Shown here in pieces: positions 10,853 to 35,407 of a stretch of DNA of 64,000 nucleotides. This stretch comes from Hormiphora californensis (taxonomy: Eukaryota; Animalia; Ctenophora). Position 1 is the stretch's first letter. Each line of letters begins with the position of its first letter. The position numbers were made by a program, and so were the translations under genes. Where the stretch lies: assembly GCA_020137815.1 (NCBI GenBank), contig CM035359.1:4216001-4280000 (forward strand), given 5' to 3'. The notes under the pieces are model-generated. The model was not told where the DNA came from, searched no databases, and saw only the letters and a list, made by a program, of their open reading frames with translations.

Positions 10853-13800
10853 ATGATGATGACTGTGCCCTTTTTTCTAGTCATCCTGACAGGGCTCCTA
10901 CACTCGGTGGAGGGTCTTTGTCAGGTGGAGTGTGCCAGTTTCCAGACCTGCTGTGAAGATGAGATGGCATGTTGTATGACGTCATCGTCTACCTTGTTGG
11001 GAGCCATCGCAGCAGGTCAGTTGTGGGAGTTTTATTGCAGTTGGTTGCCAAGGAAGGGTTATTGGTTGCCAGGGAGTGTTATTGGTTGCCAGGGAGTGTT
11101 ATTGGTTGCCAGGGAGCGTTATTGGTTACCAGGGAGTGTTATTGGTTGCCAGGAAGTGTTATTGATTGCCAGGGAGTGTTATTGGTTGCCAGGGAGTGTT
11201 ATTGGTTGCCAGGGAGCGTTATTGGTTGCCAGGGAGCGTTATTGGTTGCCAGGGAGTGTTATTGGTTGCCAGGGAGCGTTATTGGTTGCCAGGGAGTGTT
11301 ATTGGTTGCCAGGAAGTGTTATTGATTACCAAGGAGTTTTATTGGTTGCCAGGGAGTGTCATTGGTTGCCAGGGAGTATTATTGGTTGCCAGTAAAATTC
11401 GGGAGTTTTAATGGTTGGAATTATCTATGATAGCCATGGTGGACTAAGGGGGGGTTCCAACCTATTTCTTGTATGTTTGTACGGAAAAAAACAGGGCTTT
11501 CCTCAAACAAAAAAATACAAAAAAATACAAAAAAATACAAAAAATACAAAAAATAAAAACAGTTTTATATGGTAATTTACCATTATTGTTCGAACTTTTA
11601 CTGTTTTTAAACATTCTTCCACGCTATTTCACGCAATTTAGCACAAAATATATACATATTTTACATATGTAGCATGCCAAAATCGCGAGAGAAATTTCCC
11701 CGAATCGCAATTTCTTACCGAGAAAATTTTCTCGAATCGTATTTTCTAAGCGAGAAATTTCCCCGAATCGCAATTTCTTACCGAGAAAATTTTCCCGAAT
11801 CGTATTTTCTAAGCGAAAAATTTCCCCGAATCGCAATTTCTTACCGAGAAAATTTTCTCGAATCGTATTTTCTAAGCGAGAAATTTCCTCGAATCGCAAT
11901 TTCTTACCGAGAAAATTTTCTCGAATCGTATTTTCTAATCGAGAAATTTTCCCGAATCGCAATTTCTTACCGAGAAAATTTTTTCGAATCGTATTTTCTA
12001 AGCGAGAAATTTCCCCGAATCGCAATTTCTTACCGAGAAAATTTTCTCGAATCGTATTTTCTAAGCGAGAAATTTCCCCGAATCGCAATTTCTTACCGAG
12101 AAAATTTTCCCGAATCGTATTTTCTAAGCGAGAAATTTCCCCGAATCGCAATTTCTTACCGAGAAAATTTTCTCGAATCGTATTTTCTAAGCGAGAAATT
12201 TCCCCGAATCGCAATTTCTTACCGAGAAAATTTTCCCGAATCGTATTTTCTAAGCGAGAAATTTCCCCGAATCGCAATTTCTTACCGAGAAAATTTTCCC
12301 GAATCGTATTTTCTAAGCGAGAAATTTCCCCGAATCCCAATTTCTTACCGAGAAAATTTTCTCGAATCGTATTTTCTAAGCGAGAAATTTCCCCGAATCC
12401 CAATTTCTTACCGAGAAAATTTTCTTGAATCGTATTTTCTAAGCGATAAATTTCCCCGAATCGCAATTTCTTACCGAGAAAATTTTCTCGAATCGTATTT
12501 TCTAAGCGAGAAATTTCCCCGAATCGCAATTTCTTACCGAGAAAATTTTCTCGAATCGTATTTGCTAAGCGAGAAATTTTCCCGAATCGCAATTTCTTAC
12601 CGAGAAAATTTTCTCGAATCGTATTTTCTAAGCGAGAAATTTCCCCGAATCGCAATTTCTTACCGTTTATGTATAGCTTTGCCTAGCTAGGCTGTGTTTC
12701 GCACGCCCCGCCAAATGTAAAGGAGGGTTAGAACATAACAAGTATAGCTGGGTTCCGTTTATGTTCATGTACATGTATTATTTATACTTTTTTCACGCAC
12801 CCACATCCTTCATTATTTTTTTGTATTTTTTTGTATTGTTTGTATGGAAAAAAACAGGAATTTTGGATACTTTTATGTATGGTCCGTACAAAAAAATACA
12901 AAAAAATACAAAAAAATAGGTTGGAACCCCCCCTGGACTAATTCTTGATATCTCTTCAGGTTTGTTTCTCGTCTCTTTGACAGCTACTGGTCTGGGAATT
13001 TGCCTCTACTTCAAGAATAGGGTTCACAGAGAAAATCCCTACACAAAAGACGATCTTGAGGGAATCTTTGCTCAGAGTATGCTAAGGAAATTAAAATCAG
13101 CCGAAATTAGCAGAGGTACAAAAAACATCATGATACCTACATTTTATTCAACGTCTTCTTCTTTGCGCTGAGTTGAGCTGCTTGACACTGTTTCCGTGCT
13201 CCGCCGAATAAAAATAAAGTATGAACAATTCAAGTGCCGAGGAAGATAATCATATATCTTTCCTTGGTCATGAAGGAAAGATATTATTATCTTCCTCGGC
13301 ACTTGAATTGTTCATACTTTATTTATCAAGGCTTGATCATCACTAACAGATCGTCTCTCACCAGAGGAGACCACAGAGATACCAGTAGTGGAGGCAGACG
13401 CTCAGTGCATGGAGTACGCTAATGTTACACCCGGCCTTGTCATGGAAACGAGATCTCAAATTCCCGGTGGAGTTCTTCTGACGCCTCGATCAGGTACAAC
13501 AAGTTTGACTAAAGCTCCTGTTACTACCAGTTATAGAAAAGAGACCTTTCACATGACAGTATAACATCCTCAATAATGTTCTCCATAAAATATCTTCAGG
13601 TACTGGAGGAATGTCCCAATATAACCGAGCCGTAACCCCAACGATGTCAGCTCCGGGTGGTATTGGTCACACCCAGACAGGCTCAACCTCCAGAGCCCTA
13701 ACACCCGTGTTATCGGCCCCGACCGAGTTAGGAACTAGTGAAATGGTAATGGCGCAGAGTGTGGGGACATTTACTGAGAATACCAGTACTCAGGTGAGAG

Positions 13801-14472
13801 AGAGACAAACTTTTTTTACTTCTCAAAATATCTATATACATTGGTAGACATTACGGTATAGTAACGAAGAAGGTCTGCGCTACAATTAATTATTATTGTG
13901 TTCAATAATCAATTATCCTTGTGATAGTTGTATCCTCGATCTAATCAGGTGACATCAGCAAAGAGGACGGTGGTGACTGTCAACCTGAACATGAAAGAAA
14001 AGGAAAACATCAAATTAAACATCTTCATGAACAAATCAGGAGAGGGAGAAATAGCCCTTGGAGAGCCTGAGGTAAAGCCGTTTATTAGTCAGTGTATTAC
14101 TAACTTAGAGTCGGAGCTTGCCGTATAATTTATTCTTGTTCAATTCTTCGGTGGGAGAGGCTCGCCCAAGGCAACCAATAACCATGTTCTGCATCTCTCT
14201 TGGATCTCCCTCTCTCCCTTGCCGGTCGATGTGTGCATCTCGTTAATTTCTCTGCTTTATTTCACTATCCCTATAATATCCCTCTGCTTTCTTTCACTCA
14301 GGCGGAGACGAGTTTTCCCCGTGGATTGACTGCCAGGAAAAAGGCTAATCGGACAGATTCAGCACGAAAAAAGAGCTCCGAGGGGGCAGGAAAAAAGACC
14401 TCCGAAGGGGCGGGTGGAAAAGCGACAGTTAAGAAAAAAGAGTCTGTTAAAAAGAAGACGTCTAAAAGATGA
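10853..14472 (+). CDS. Single-pass membrane protein with a small 6-Cys ectodomain (Shisa-like, WBP1/VOPP1/TMEM92-type). Exons 10853-11015, 12960-13115, 13365-13493, 13600-13793, 13949-14071, 14302-14472
   Basis: Signal peptide MMMTVPFFLVILTGLLHSVEG, pattern C-x3-C-x5-CC-x5-CC, TM split over exons 1-2 (LLGAIAAG/LFLVSLTATGLGICLYF) and a long polar cytoplasmic tail. All junctions are GT-AG with matching phases. Confidence 0.75.
11041..11392. repeat. 20-bp minisatellite (ATTGGTTGCCAGGGAGTGTT), ~17 copies, intron 1
   Basis: Direct tandem repeat; accounts for track ORFs 10969 and 11166. Confidence 0.95.
11448..12933. mobile_element. Non-autonomous DNA transposon with GGGGGGGTTCCAACCTATTT TIRs, 8-bp TSD (TGGACTAA) and an internal 63-bp array
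   Basis: TIRs at 11448-11467 and 12914-12933; TGGACTAA at 11440-11447 and 12934-12941; subterminal AAAAAATAC repeats. GG ends with an 8-bp TSD suit Merlin, but the superfamily is not established. Confidence 0.85.
11686..12666. repeat. 63-bp tandem array (31+32-bp dimer), ~15.5 copies
   Basis: Unit CGAGAAATTTCCCCGAATCGCAATTTCTTAC + CGAGAAAATTTTCTCGAATCGTATTTTCTAAG. Confidence 0.97.
13208..13326. repeat. Intronic hairpin (MITE-like foldback)
   Basis: Arm ATAAAGTATGAACAATTCAAGTGCCGAGGAAGATAAT and its exact reverse complement. Confidence 0.85.
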
Positions 14473-14982
14473 TCACAGTGACTCAGGGATAGGATTTAAA
14501 TTTGATAGCTTCAGGCTGTTTGTTAATGAGAATTGAGATATGAAACCGGTGATATTGTATACAAACTATTGTTACGGTTTTTAACTCTGATTAAGCGCTT
14601 GTACTATAATAGCATAATATCTAAATACTACTTTCGCTGCAGCTGCAGTGTAAAGTGTAAACATAATGGATCGTTTGAAAGGGGTTCCCCTATCCCTAGA
14701 TCATATAATACCATTCAAATCGCTTGATTAAATGATTGATGCGTCCTACGATTAAATTAATTAATTCAATTAATACAGCGTAACTCACCACGAGAGAGGT
14801 TGCACTGGAAGGTTCACCACGTTCCCGTTTCCTAAAGAGGGCACGTGTAGCATCCATCGTCGGCTCACTAAAAAAGGAGGGGGGATGTGGTACTTTACCC
14901 ATTGTATATGGTACTTATTTTACATAAACCATAGTATGCCCATATATGGTGTTAAAGCCACGTAGTATACCCATATATGGTA

Positions 14983-16025
14983 CTAGTAGGCCCGTTCGCC
15001 CTACGGGCGAATTTCGGGGAAATGGTAGCTTGATTAGGGAACGCTGACATCACCTGCACCATGTAAACTTGTAAACTTGTAAACTTGTAAACTTGTGCGA
15101 ATTTAAGAGATCAATGTCAGGGAGGTACAGTGCTGTTCCAGAAACTCATCACGTGAAAACTTGGCCGCTAAAGCTATCAGTAGTCGTTGATTGGCTCGCT
15201 TGAACACGTTGGCGTAATCTGTCATATTCTCTAGCCTGCTCCCTGACAGCAGCAGTTCTCCTGGACCTAGCTTAGATAAACGTTGCCTAATAGGCAATAG
15301 CGCTTGGGGTGGAAGAGCTAGACATCAGGACAGAAGTAAAAGAATGCACATCCAGGTCACTCTAATAATTGCACGTGCAAGTAAAGTTGCTAGGTGATCT
15401 CTGTCACACAATTTGCTTAGTAAGTACTAGTAGGCCCGTTCGCCCTACGGGCGAATTTCGGGGAAATGATAGCTGGATTAGGGAACGCTGACATCACCTG
15501 CACCATCCGTTCCTAGCCTATCTCTCACTTTCTCTCTACTCATGTTGGTGTACGCTCTGGGCTTCTTGACAATGTCGAGGTGCGAATTTAAGAGATCAAT
15601 GTCATGGAGGTGCAGTGCTGTTCCAGAAACTCATCGCGTGAAAACTTGGCCGCTATGTAGCCGATTTGGAGATTTCTATATTCGACTGGAGTAATCACCC
15701 TTGGGCGACTTTGGGTAAAGCTATCCGTAGTCGTTGATTGGCTCGCTTGAACACGTTGGCGTAATCTGTCATATTCTCTAGCCTGCTCCCTGACAGCAGC
15801 AGTTCTCCTGGACCTAGATAAACGTTGCCGAATAGCACTTTGGGTGGAAGAGCTAGACATCAGGACAGAAGTAAAAGAATGCACGTGCAGAATTGAATTC
15901 CCCTTGGTACCCAACTGCAACTGGGAGAGAGGTCTCCACTCTCCAGGTCCCTCTAATAATTGCACGTGCAAGTGTAGTTGCTAGGTGACCTCCGTTACAC
16001 AATTTGCTTAGTAAGTAGTATATGA
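14983..16025 (-). mobile_element. Non-autonomous Helitron, head-to-tail tandem pair (14983-15426, 15427-16025)
   Basis: On -: 5' A|TC-ATATACTACTTACTAAGC, 3' hairpin TTCGCCC-GTA-GGGCGAA then CTAG|T; no TSD; same ends as the copy at 58615-62518. Confidence 0.8.
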
Positions 16026-16301
16026 TTATGATTATGGTGGTGGAAGAAAATTTTGGATTACCTGAATGATGAATCTTTTGCAAAAGTCCTTTTGATTGTC
16101 TTACAAAAACTTTTGTTGAAGTCACTGTGTTCTAAATCCTGGGATAAAATTGGGTTACAATTGTCTTGGTTGACCCTTAATCAGTTAGAGTTAATTGGTT
16201 ACTAATTACTCCACCGGGATGAAAAATACCTCAATTGACCAATTATGGAAAGGTTGGTTGAGGTAGGTACAACACGTCAAGAGAAATCCAATATAAAATA
16301 C

Positions 16302-18290
16302 CTCAATTGACCAATTATGGAAAGGTTGGTTGAGGTTGGTTGAACTTCCGCCACTTAGACATTGCTGGTCCGTCATGCTTTTCAACTTTTCTTGGGCTGT
16401 CTAGATTGGGGATAGGATGGGTCATTAAACATGTCAGAGTGGAATCATGAAAATCAACCAGTCATCCGTGAAATATGCTCCACAGCTTGTATAAGCTAGC
16501 TATTGGTAACTGATAATTATCAGTGTGAGTATAAACAACATGAGACTAGATTAGTAGATATAGTAGAGAATACCGGCGGCCTCTAGGGTTGAACAACATG
16601 TAAACACTAAATTACCTTCATTTGTTTACAAAGTTTGTCTTGTAGTTTTTTCTCGTAATCCAACGTAGGCCACGCCTCACTAACGGACTTGGCAATCAAT
16701 CTATTCGCCATTTCGAACATTTCCTCAACTTGATTTGACCGTGGTTTTTCACGTACCCCCTCCTGATTTGACCGTGGGTTTTCACGTGTAATAAGATTAT
16801 ACTGATCACGTGACTTTTCAATTAGTTTTGGGGCAGCGGGCAGTTTCCGGTGATGACCAGATTCCTTGCGTGGTCTGTTGTTTGCTGGCTGATTTTCCTT
16901 GTTTGTTATTATTCTCTCCTTTTTTAACACGATCGGTTTAAAGTCAGGCTTTGGAATATCTCGATAAGTCGGGGGACCCTGCAAATACATTGGACATCTG
17001 TTATGCAGTGAGAAATGACCAGGAAGAAATGAAAAATGTACAACATTTCATAGAAATCTACTAAGATAACTGAAGTTAGTACCACCGCTTTATAGATTAG
17101 CTGATTAGGTACAATGAAGTGACGAGGGTAGGCATGATTATATTTTGTAACCACGGAAACTAAGAAGACCCCCTTTGTCTCCATGGTAACGGTAAAGTCG
17201 GATTTTTTGAAACTGTCGCCCCCCTGGGTGGCGCACGAGTTTTTATTTGCGCGTCGGAAACTTGTTTTCGCTCTCACACCTTTGTTTCTTGACCAATTTC
17301 GTCAAACCAAAGTTTTACGGACTCACAAAATTATGCTCTTTCCGAAGATATGCGGTTTTTGCCGAAAAGTGAGAGCAAGTGGGGGCTGTCACGCGCAAAT
17401 ACGACGCTGTGCGTGAAAAGGGGTGCGACAGTTTCAAAAAATCCGACTTTACACTCTACTAGCTGTACCTTTATACTGGAAAGGTCCACCCGCTGTTTCT
17501 CAAGATCTCTGTTAATTTGTTCTTGTACTTTTTGTATTGTGGGAACGATTCCGTGAAGTCCCCCTCCGGCGTTAGATAAACTGTTACTCAATCCCCGTGA
17601 CAGCCGACCTTTCGACATACCAACTGGGACAATATACATTGTATAATTATATGATTTATCTAACAACTGGGATGCCGGATGGAACCGCATTACAAAGTTT
17701 ATGTGGTGTCACGGTTGAATAGTCTAAATTGCCACAGAAACTACTCACCTCCAACAACAACAGGCATGTTAAGCTTGATACCAGGTGAACTACCACGCTT
17801 TCTCTTCCCTCGCTTTTTTGTATGTTTCTTTTCAAATAGGAATTCACGTTTCTGTTTTAGTTCCTCGGACTCCGTGATGTGTGCTCTAGTTTTGGTTAAG
17901 TGATCTCTCCACATGTTGTTAGTTTACATCGTTTTGTAAGTTGTCGAGTGAGAAAGAATGACTTCCTAGTGGGGCAAGCGTTTGGTTAATGTTAAATGTA
18001 GACCGTGAAATGAGCCTCACACCCCAGCAGTTTAGTCCTGAAACCATATTCCATTGGCATACGGTACAGGCTCTTTTGACAGGAGTTTGCGCATGGGGGA
18101 GTATACCAACTAGGCATGGAGCATTGCCAAGTGCCAACCCGGGAATCTTTAAACTTTTTAAAATTCACTAACCCCAACACCGATTGGCATCACTTTCCAA
18201 CAGCCGAAGAGAAGCTGCCGAAGAGAGAAAGGGGGTAACCGTATGAAGAGTTAATCGCGATGAGTCTCATTCACATTGGGTTCGATCATT
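16302..18290 (-). CDS. Uncharacterised multi-exon protein with a KEN box and weakly Treslin/TICRR-like N-terminus. Exons ~18290-18173, 18037-17749, 17623-17469, 16978-16616, 16400-16302; possibly also 16131-16062 and 14867-14789
   Basis: GT-AG junctions with matching phases; NKENQP; basic patch KRGKRKRG. Two or three single-base indels are needed in the first two exons. Confidence 0.6.
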
Positions 18291-18339
18291 TGCCCCCGGT
18301 GTTGGGGAATCTTTAAACGCTTTTGGTCGGGATTCGGGA

Positions 18340-18480
18340 CTTTTTTCAAATTTTTTACAAATTCAAAATAAAATGTTTTCTAATAAAAAAAATATGCGCG
18401 GCGCAGATCAAATAATAAAATGCGCGCGCAGTTGGTTATGTAAAGTTAGATGTTTTCGCGCGTGCGGTACAAGCGCTCGA
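18340..18480 (-). promoter_or_regulatory. CGCG-rich putative promoter
   Basis: AATAAAATGCGCGCGCAGTTGGT, TTTTCGCGCG (E2F-like) and TTCAAA (CHR-like on -). Confidence 0.5.
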
Positions 18481-19127
18481 AAATTTGGCAAATTTATTCA
18501 GTTTCACTGAGTTAAAAAAAGGTTTTAAAAGAGAAACAATTTACTTTTGAACAACAGTAAAAGAGTAATTCATTATGACAAAAACAATATGAATAACTGA
18601 AGGTATCGAGGGGAGAAAGAGCTCAGCTTTTTAGTTTTTAACTTCTTGGGAATCGGACTAGAAAGCCGAATTTAAATACTATTTGTATTCCTTGGTAGAT
18701 TTTACACTAGGTTACTGAATGTACACAATCTCAAGCTTGAGAAAATAAGGATGGCTATAATCAATGCTAGAATTATTCTCTTTTATCATTGTCTAACTCA
18801 ATTAATTTTGAAACAGTTAGTAAAAACAGGATTTAAATTAAACAGAACTCAGCTATTAGCTGATTGCATTGTGTGTGGTTAGGGTCAGACTCAATTAACA
18901 ACTGTCTCTATTATCAGATAATTAACCTAATTGTAGTATGTTGATGGGCAAATAGAAAAGGGTCCATCTTACTGTGACAATAACCCGTCAATTAGTTACT
19001 CAGATCAGGCGGGTTTCACTGCAGTTACCACACACACACATTTATCAAAACAACAATTAATGTCCATTCTTGACCAATATATCAAATCCTCCTCTCTCAC
19101 CCAGAGAGAGAGATATGCTGTTATAGC

Positions 19128-32048
<12,921 letters not shown>

Positions 32049-32104
32049 GATTAACGAGTCAAAACAACACTTTTCAGGAAAAGTTTTGAGTAGCGAATTT
32101 CAAT

Positions 32105-32210
32105 TCGAGGGCTTTGAAATTTTTAAGGCGGCTCGTCGCGTCGTGAAATAATTTTATTTTTTTGCGCGGCTTAAGTTACGCGCAAATAAAACACGCGCAG
32201 TTGGTGTTTG
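32105..32210 (-). promoter_or_regulatory. Putative ANKLE1 promoter
   Basis: CGCG cluster and AATAAAACACGCGCAGTTGGT about 145 bp upstream of the ATG; TTTGAA at 32113. Confidence 0.5.
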
Positions 32211-32280
32211 GTTTCGGGGACCACATCCCTATCTGAGTGCCCTGCCAATGTCGCAAGTTTGAAGAGATAAACAAGGAAGG

Positions 32281-35079
32281 TAGTCCTAAGCATTTGTGTC
32301 AAATGCAGGAATTTTTAGATAACCATGCGAGACCTTCACTAAAAGTAGGCTATTGGTCCCTAGAAACACCAAAAAAAAGTCTACGGCCTAGACTCCCCGA
32401 GAACATCTCTTAATTTGGCGTTAATTGGGTATAATTGGCTAAAAATGAAATAAAAATTCAAAATCATCGTAGAAGGTCGTAATTGGTCGCAATCGTTCAG
32501 AAATATTATTCTTATCATCTTAAGATCATAAAAGTGACCCAACTATGTAAAATTGGTTCCCAATTTGGCGTTAATTGGGTCAAATTGGGTCTAAATTGGG
32601 CAAAAATTGAAAATCGTCGTAGAAGGTCGTGGTTGGTCGCGATCGTTTGGAAATAGCAACCTTATCATCTTGAATTCAAAATAGTGACCTAGTTGTGCCA
32701 AATTGGTGCGTAATTGGTCCTAATTGGGCCTAATTGGCTAAAAGTTAAGCTTTTTTATGTTAGAACAAGACCGTCAATTTTCGCCCTGACTGGGGAAACA
32801 ATTTGGAACAGCGAAATTCCTTCACCAACGTATCCCTAAGGGTTTTCTGGAACAACTATGAGCTTTGGAACTTGCAGCTTGAGGGGCATTATGGTCATTT
32901 CCGGGTGTGTGTGTCATCTGTTATTTCAGGCTGAGACCAATATTATAAATAATTTTAGAATTGGAGTAGAGATACAAATCAGGGCACTAAAGTGTGTAGC
33001 GTCCTCATATTAGTGGGGATAGACACCCATGAAAATTTCCTATCTCATTTGGTTAATTGGATAATTGGTTAACTAGATGTATGTATAGCCGTATTTCAGC
33101 TATTATTCAGTTCATATTGCATACGACCGACCATGTTTTGTGGCTTAGATAAGGTGTAAATAACCATGAGGCACTGATAGATATCCTTCAGATGTTGCTA
33201 GAAAGCCTTCAGATGTTGCTAGATACCCCTAGAACTCCTTAGATATACCTATAAGCCTCCTAGAAACCCCTTAGACTCGAACAGATCCCGTCAGAGCCAA
33301 CAAGATTCTACTAAGTACCCTTCAGACCCATTAGATGCCCCTTTGAGAGTTCAGACGCTTCTATATACCCCTCAGAGCTACCTAGATACCCTCAGAACTT
33401 CTTAGATACCTCTAGACAGTCTAGACCCCCTCAGGCCCTGTTGGATACTTCTCAGGTCTTGCTACTTGCTAGATACCCTAGATAAAACCCTCCAAGATAC
33501 CACTCAGATTATACTAAATATCCGTTAGACCGATCAGACGTAAACATACCCTAGACCCTTCTAGCTTCTTATCACTCTCATAGACACCCTCAAAACATTC
33601 TACATACTCTCGAAATAATCTACATAGTAGGGTTTTATGGTTCTGTGGAGTACCTAATGGGGTATGGGTGGTCTCTAGAATGGCCTGGTCTCTGAGAATG
33701 ACATGAAGGATCTTATCGAGACTTGAGAAGTATCAAGAAGGGTCTAATGTGTATCTAGTAGAGTCTGAGCAGGTCTTATGGGTATCTAGAAGGATCTGAA
33801 GGGCATCTAGTGGAGTCTGAGGGGTAATGGGTATCTACTGGGGCCTGAAGGATCAGGAGGGATATCTTGTAGGGGTATTGTTTGAGGGTTTATTATATGA
33901 GTATCTAGGATGGTTTAGGGGCATCTAGCATTCTCGCAAGATCTTAGGGGTATATAACAGGGTCTGAGGGTGTCTAGGGGTATCTAAGAAGGGTCTGAAC
34001 TGTTCAAAGGCTATCTAACGGGTCTGAGGGGTACTTATTTGAATCTTGTGGGCTCTGAGGGGTATCTGTTCGAGTCTGAGGGGTTTCTAGGAGAGTTGTA
34101 GGTGTATCTAAGGAGTTCTAGGGGTATCTAGCAACATCTGAAGGCTTTCTAGCAACATCTGAAGGATATCTATCAGGGCCTCATGGTTATTTACACCTTA
34201 TCTAAGCCTCAACACATGGTCGGTCGTATGCAATATGAACTGAATAATAGCTGAAATACGGCTATACATACATCTAGTTAACCAATTATCCAATTAACCA
34301 AATGAGATAGGAAATTTTCATGGGTGTCTATCCCCACTAATATGAGGACGCTACACACTTTAGTGCCCTGATTTGTATCTCAACTCCAATTCTAAAATTA
34401 TTTATAATATTGGTCTCAGCCTGAAATTACAGATGACACACACACCCGGAAATGACCATAATGCCCCTCAAGCTGCAAGTTCCAAAGCTCATAGTTGTTC
34501 CAGAAAACCCTTAGGGATACGTTGGTGAAGGAATTTCGCTGTTCCAAATTGTTTCCCCAGTCAGGGCGAAAATTGACGGTCTTGTTCTAACATAAAAAAG
34601 CTTAACTTTTAGCCAATTAGGCCCAATTAGGACCAATTACGCACCAATTTGGCACAACTAGGTCACTATTTTGAATTCAAGATGATAAGGTTGCTATTTC
34701 CAAACGATCGCGACCAACCACGACCTTCTACGACGATTTTCAATTTTTGCCCAATTTAGACCCAATTTGACCCAATTAACGCCAAATTGGGAACCAATTT
34801 TACATAGTTGGGTCACTTTTATGATCTTAAGATGATAAGAATAATATTTTTGAACGATTGCGACCAATTACGACCTTCTACGATGATTTTGAATTTTTAT
34901 TTCATTTTTAGCCAATTATACCCAATTAACGCCAAATTAAGAGATGTTCTCGGGGATTCTAGGCCGTAGACTTTTTTTTGGTGTTTCTAGGGACCAATAG
35001 CCTACTTTTAGTGAAGGTCTCGCATGGTTATCTAAAAATTCCTGAAATGGGCACTTTCTTACGCAAATGCCTAGGACTA
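32281..35079. mobile_element. 2.8-kb non-autonomous foldback DNA transposon, Academ-like (TAGTC ends, 3-bp TSD AGG)
   Basis: Near-perfect inverted arms of about 1 kb; centre of degenerate ~21-bp repeats in both orientations; AGG at 32278-32280 and 35080-35082; no ORF. Confidence 0.82.
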
Positions 35080-35368
35080 AGGTGTCGCCAGCTTGAACAA
35101 AAGGCTGAAGGGAAATTAGAAAAGGGTTGAATAAATGAAAAGGGTTTCGGTTATTCCCATTTTTGAACCTTTTTGACCAGAGGTAAATGTCCTCTTACCA
35201 AAATTTTGCAAATTGGTCAAGAAATAGCTTTGATATGCTCAAAAACGTTGAAAAAAGTGTGAAGAACTTTGTGAGTGACGTTGACTGTATTGTGCGGGAC
35301 GTTGACTGTATTCTAAAGAGTAAAGAGTAAAGAGATCTAAATCTTTTTTGGTGACACTTGGCGCGACC

Positions 35369-35407
<39 letters not shown>

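Noticed and set aside
10969-11411. ORFs with WLPGSVIGCQ repeats
   Set aside because: Read-through into a 20-bp intronic minisatellite beyond the donor at 11016.
22-12666. Tandem arrays as CRISPR arrays
   Set aside because: Units are contiguous with no unique spacers, there are no cas genes, and the context is eukaryotic.
11624-12690. 343-aa and 338-aa repeat ORFs on opposite strands
   Set aside because: By-products of a 63-bp array inside an intronic MITE; no splice or start context.
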